Origin: Rhynchopus sp. YZ270_cl-10
Taxonomy: Eukaryota
Assembly: GCA_964035575.1 (NCBI GenBank)
Contig: OZ037841.1
Location: 1,426,001-1,490,000 of the forward strand
DNA: 64,000 nt
Direction: 5' to 3'
A program made the translations under genes and the position numbers. Under the pieces are notes generated by a model that saw only the letters and a program-made list of their open reading frames with translations, was not told the DNA's origin and searched no databases. This document shows positions 62,026-64,000 of the stretch, in pieces. The first letter of the stretch is position 1; the number at the start of each line of letters is the position of its first letter.

Positions 62026-62750
62026 CAGGGGAGGAGCTTGGGGGTTAAATCGGGTCAGATTGACCCGATTTCCTTCGGCCCCATGGAAAAAAACGGGTCA
62101 GGGCAAAAAAAAAAAAAAAAACTATAGATTTTTGAGGGGAAAATCCAAAAAATAGGGTACTCTACTTGTCGCATGAGGGGGTCTGAGAAGGATGAGGAAC
62201 TACTATGTGACCCCACCGCGACGAGCACGAAGCTCAATGAAGGCAGAATGCCCTCAAACGCGCGCTCCACCCCGATCAAACCCGAACCCAAGAGGGATGC
62301 CGAACTCGACCTAGCCGTTGGTTACTGGCGCGAGCTGACGATCCAGATATTGGATCAACTCGCTGGGTGACACACCAAAAGAGGGGCTCAGACAGTGACA
62401 AGTGTTGCCGGGGGTACGGAACGCCCTCCGACGTTTGCTCGAAGGGGACACCTGCCCAGAGAGAGTACCTGAACTGGCGAGGGCCTACACACACATTCCA
62501 CACCTCCATTGCGCAACCCTACCTTGATGACATCATCGCCAGTGTCAAGGGCAACATGCATTCCGCGGGGATGGTGCAACACTTGTGTATCATCAACGTG
62601 TACTATTTTGTGAAACGCGCCTTCTCATTCTGCATGCGTTTGTCTTCACAATAGCTTTTCCGCCGTAGGCGGAAAAGCTCGGGACCTGACCCGATTTAAC
62701 AGAATTTGACCCGATTTTGCCCCAAACCCATATTCCAAGCTCCTGCCCTG
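62026..62750. mobile_element. hAT-like non-autonomous element (725 bp) with coding-like internal cargo
   Basis: TIRs CAGGGGAGGAGCTTGG / CCAAGCTCCTGCCCTG (15/16), perfect 8-bp TSD TTTTAGGG (62018-62025, 62751-62758), subterminal AAATCGGGTCA/TGACCCGATTT motifs at both ends, and hairpin AGCTTTTCCGCC-GTA-GGCGGAAAAGCT (62653-62679). Confidence 0.88.
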
Positions 62751-63411
62751 TTTTAGGGTTTGAAAAAACAAGAAAAAAGAACGGCCCCAAGAGTAGAACA
62801 CGTCAGTTAGGTGACGACATCAGGACGGCTGCAATCTTCAGGTGTTGCAGCGAAGGAGGTGCGTGTCATCTGCTTTCGGTGCCGCAAGACCCGGGGGTCG
62901 AAATTTTTCCCGACTTTTGTGGACTGGGTGAGGAAGCGTTCCAACTTTTCAATCTCTCCCCTTCGCGATTTGTATTTCGCTACTTTGTATCAAAAAGTTT
63001 TTGAAGGAAAAATAAAACTGTTTCAAAATGTCATCATCTCAGAATGATCCCCCTCTACATCTTTATCACTGCGGGAAAGGGCTCTCAGCATTTTTCCAGC
63101 GAACCCATACGGTACTTTGCACACTCCCAAACACAATCCCCAACAACAGAATTTATTACACAACCTTTTTCCTCCTGCATCTCCTTGGTATCCACATTAA
63201 CCACCTACCCCGCAACCTTGCAACTTATTAGGAGCATAAAAGCCCGTTTATCCCATTTCTTTTTCACACAAGCAGTCGGAGGGCACTTTTGCAATTTTTC
63301 TTTCGCTACACTACAACTCTCTTTAACTCTCAAAGGGGTTTCCCTTTGGCACAATACGCTTCGTTTGCCTAGCGCAGAGAGACACGCTCAGGCTGTTCTT
63401 TGCATGAGAGG

Positions 63412-64000
63412 ATGGCGCACCTTCGCAAGATGTTTGTCGTCTCAGCGCTGACTGCAGCGGTCTTCACATTCCCTCCGTCCTTCGAGACGTTGGATCCAGC
63501 ATCGCCACCACCACCGCCACCGCCCACACCTCTCACTCCCGACGAACTGCGGGCAGAGGTAACAAAGCACAGAACCACCGTCCTCGCACTGAAGCATGGG
63601 AACTTCTCTGACATGCTTGCCGCCTCAGCCGAGATGCTGCAGTACGTCAACCAAGCAGTGGAGGTAGCGGACACATCTGCACTGACGACTGAGATACCTG
63701 CAGAATGCCCGCCAGAGCCGCCGTTTGCGCGCAAGAAAAACGGCTGCGTGCACTGCTCAAAATACCGCAACTACATCAAAAACTGCAATACCACTGGAAC
63801 GCTCTTTATGGACGTCAGACTACCATCCTTTATTCACGTCATGGACTCCATTGCGAAATGGGCCGAGCTGAAACCGGGGCTCCGCATTCTTGATTGGGGA
63901 GCAGGATGCGGAACAAAACTGAACTACTGGAAGATCATGTACGGTGTGCACGGGGTAGGGCTTGACTATACTACAGAGACTGTACACTATGCGCGGGGCC
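63412..64000 (+). CDS. Class I SAM-dependent methyltransferase, 3'-partial (not in the ORF track)
   Basis: Manual translation from ATG 63412: MAHLRKMFVVSALTAAVFTFPP...WAELKPGLRILDWGAGCGTKLNYWKIMYGVHGVGLDYTTETVHYARG. Motif I (LDWGAGCG) and the GLD motif are present; the frame runs off the window. Confidence 0.8.
   Translation, partial: MAHLRKMFVVSALTAAVFTFPPSFETLDPASPPPPPPPTPLTPDELRAEVTKHRTTVLALKHGNFSDMLAASAEMLQYVNQAVEVADTSALTTEIPAECPPEPPFARKKNGCVHCSKYRNYIKNCNTTGTLFMDVRLPSFIHVMDSIAKWAELKPGLRILDWGAGCGTKLNYWKIMYGVHGVGLDYTTETVHYARG

Overview
Eukaryotic nuclear DNA from a euglenozoan, most likely a diplonemid. The F1-beta subunit carries kinetoplastid-type residues, but genes have short GT-AG introns. 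All roughly 18 recognisable protein genes lie on the + strand as one directional cluster, separated by T-rich, repeat-laden spacers. Genes, in order: a partial multi-TM surface protein, an EF-hand/WD40 protein, a Cys-rich type-I membrane protein, a CNBD-type ion channel with a non-canonical filter, an N-acylated hypothetical protein, a 4-exon mitochondrial ATP synthase beta subunit with a ~600-aa Ala/Glu/Lys repeat between its presequence and catalytic core, RPL14, a receptor-like TM U-box protein, a TGY-type MAPK, a UBL-ankyrin protein, a second WD40 protein, a sialate O-acetylesterase-like SGNH hydrolase, an MIT-domain protein, a hypothetical protein, a tandem pair of UBL + BspA-type LRR genes (one with an in-frame TAG, one fused to an ankyrin remnant) and a partial SAM-dependent methyltransferase. 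Non-coding DNA holds at least six non-autonomous TIR transposons with identifiable target-site duplications, an orphan 18S rRNA fragment, and several families of short same-strand hairpin repeats; three of these families share one loop (ACGAGAG) on different stems. All calls are by eye, with no database searches.
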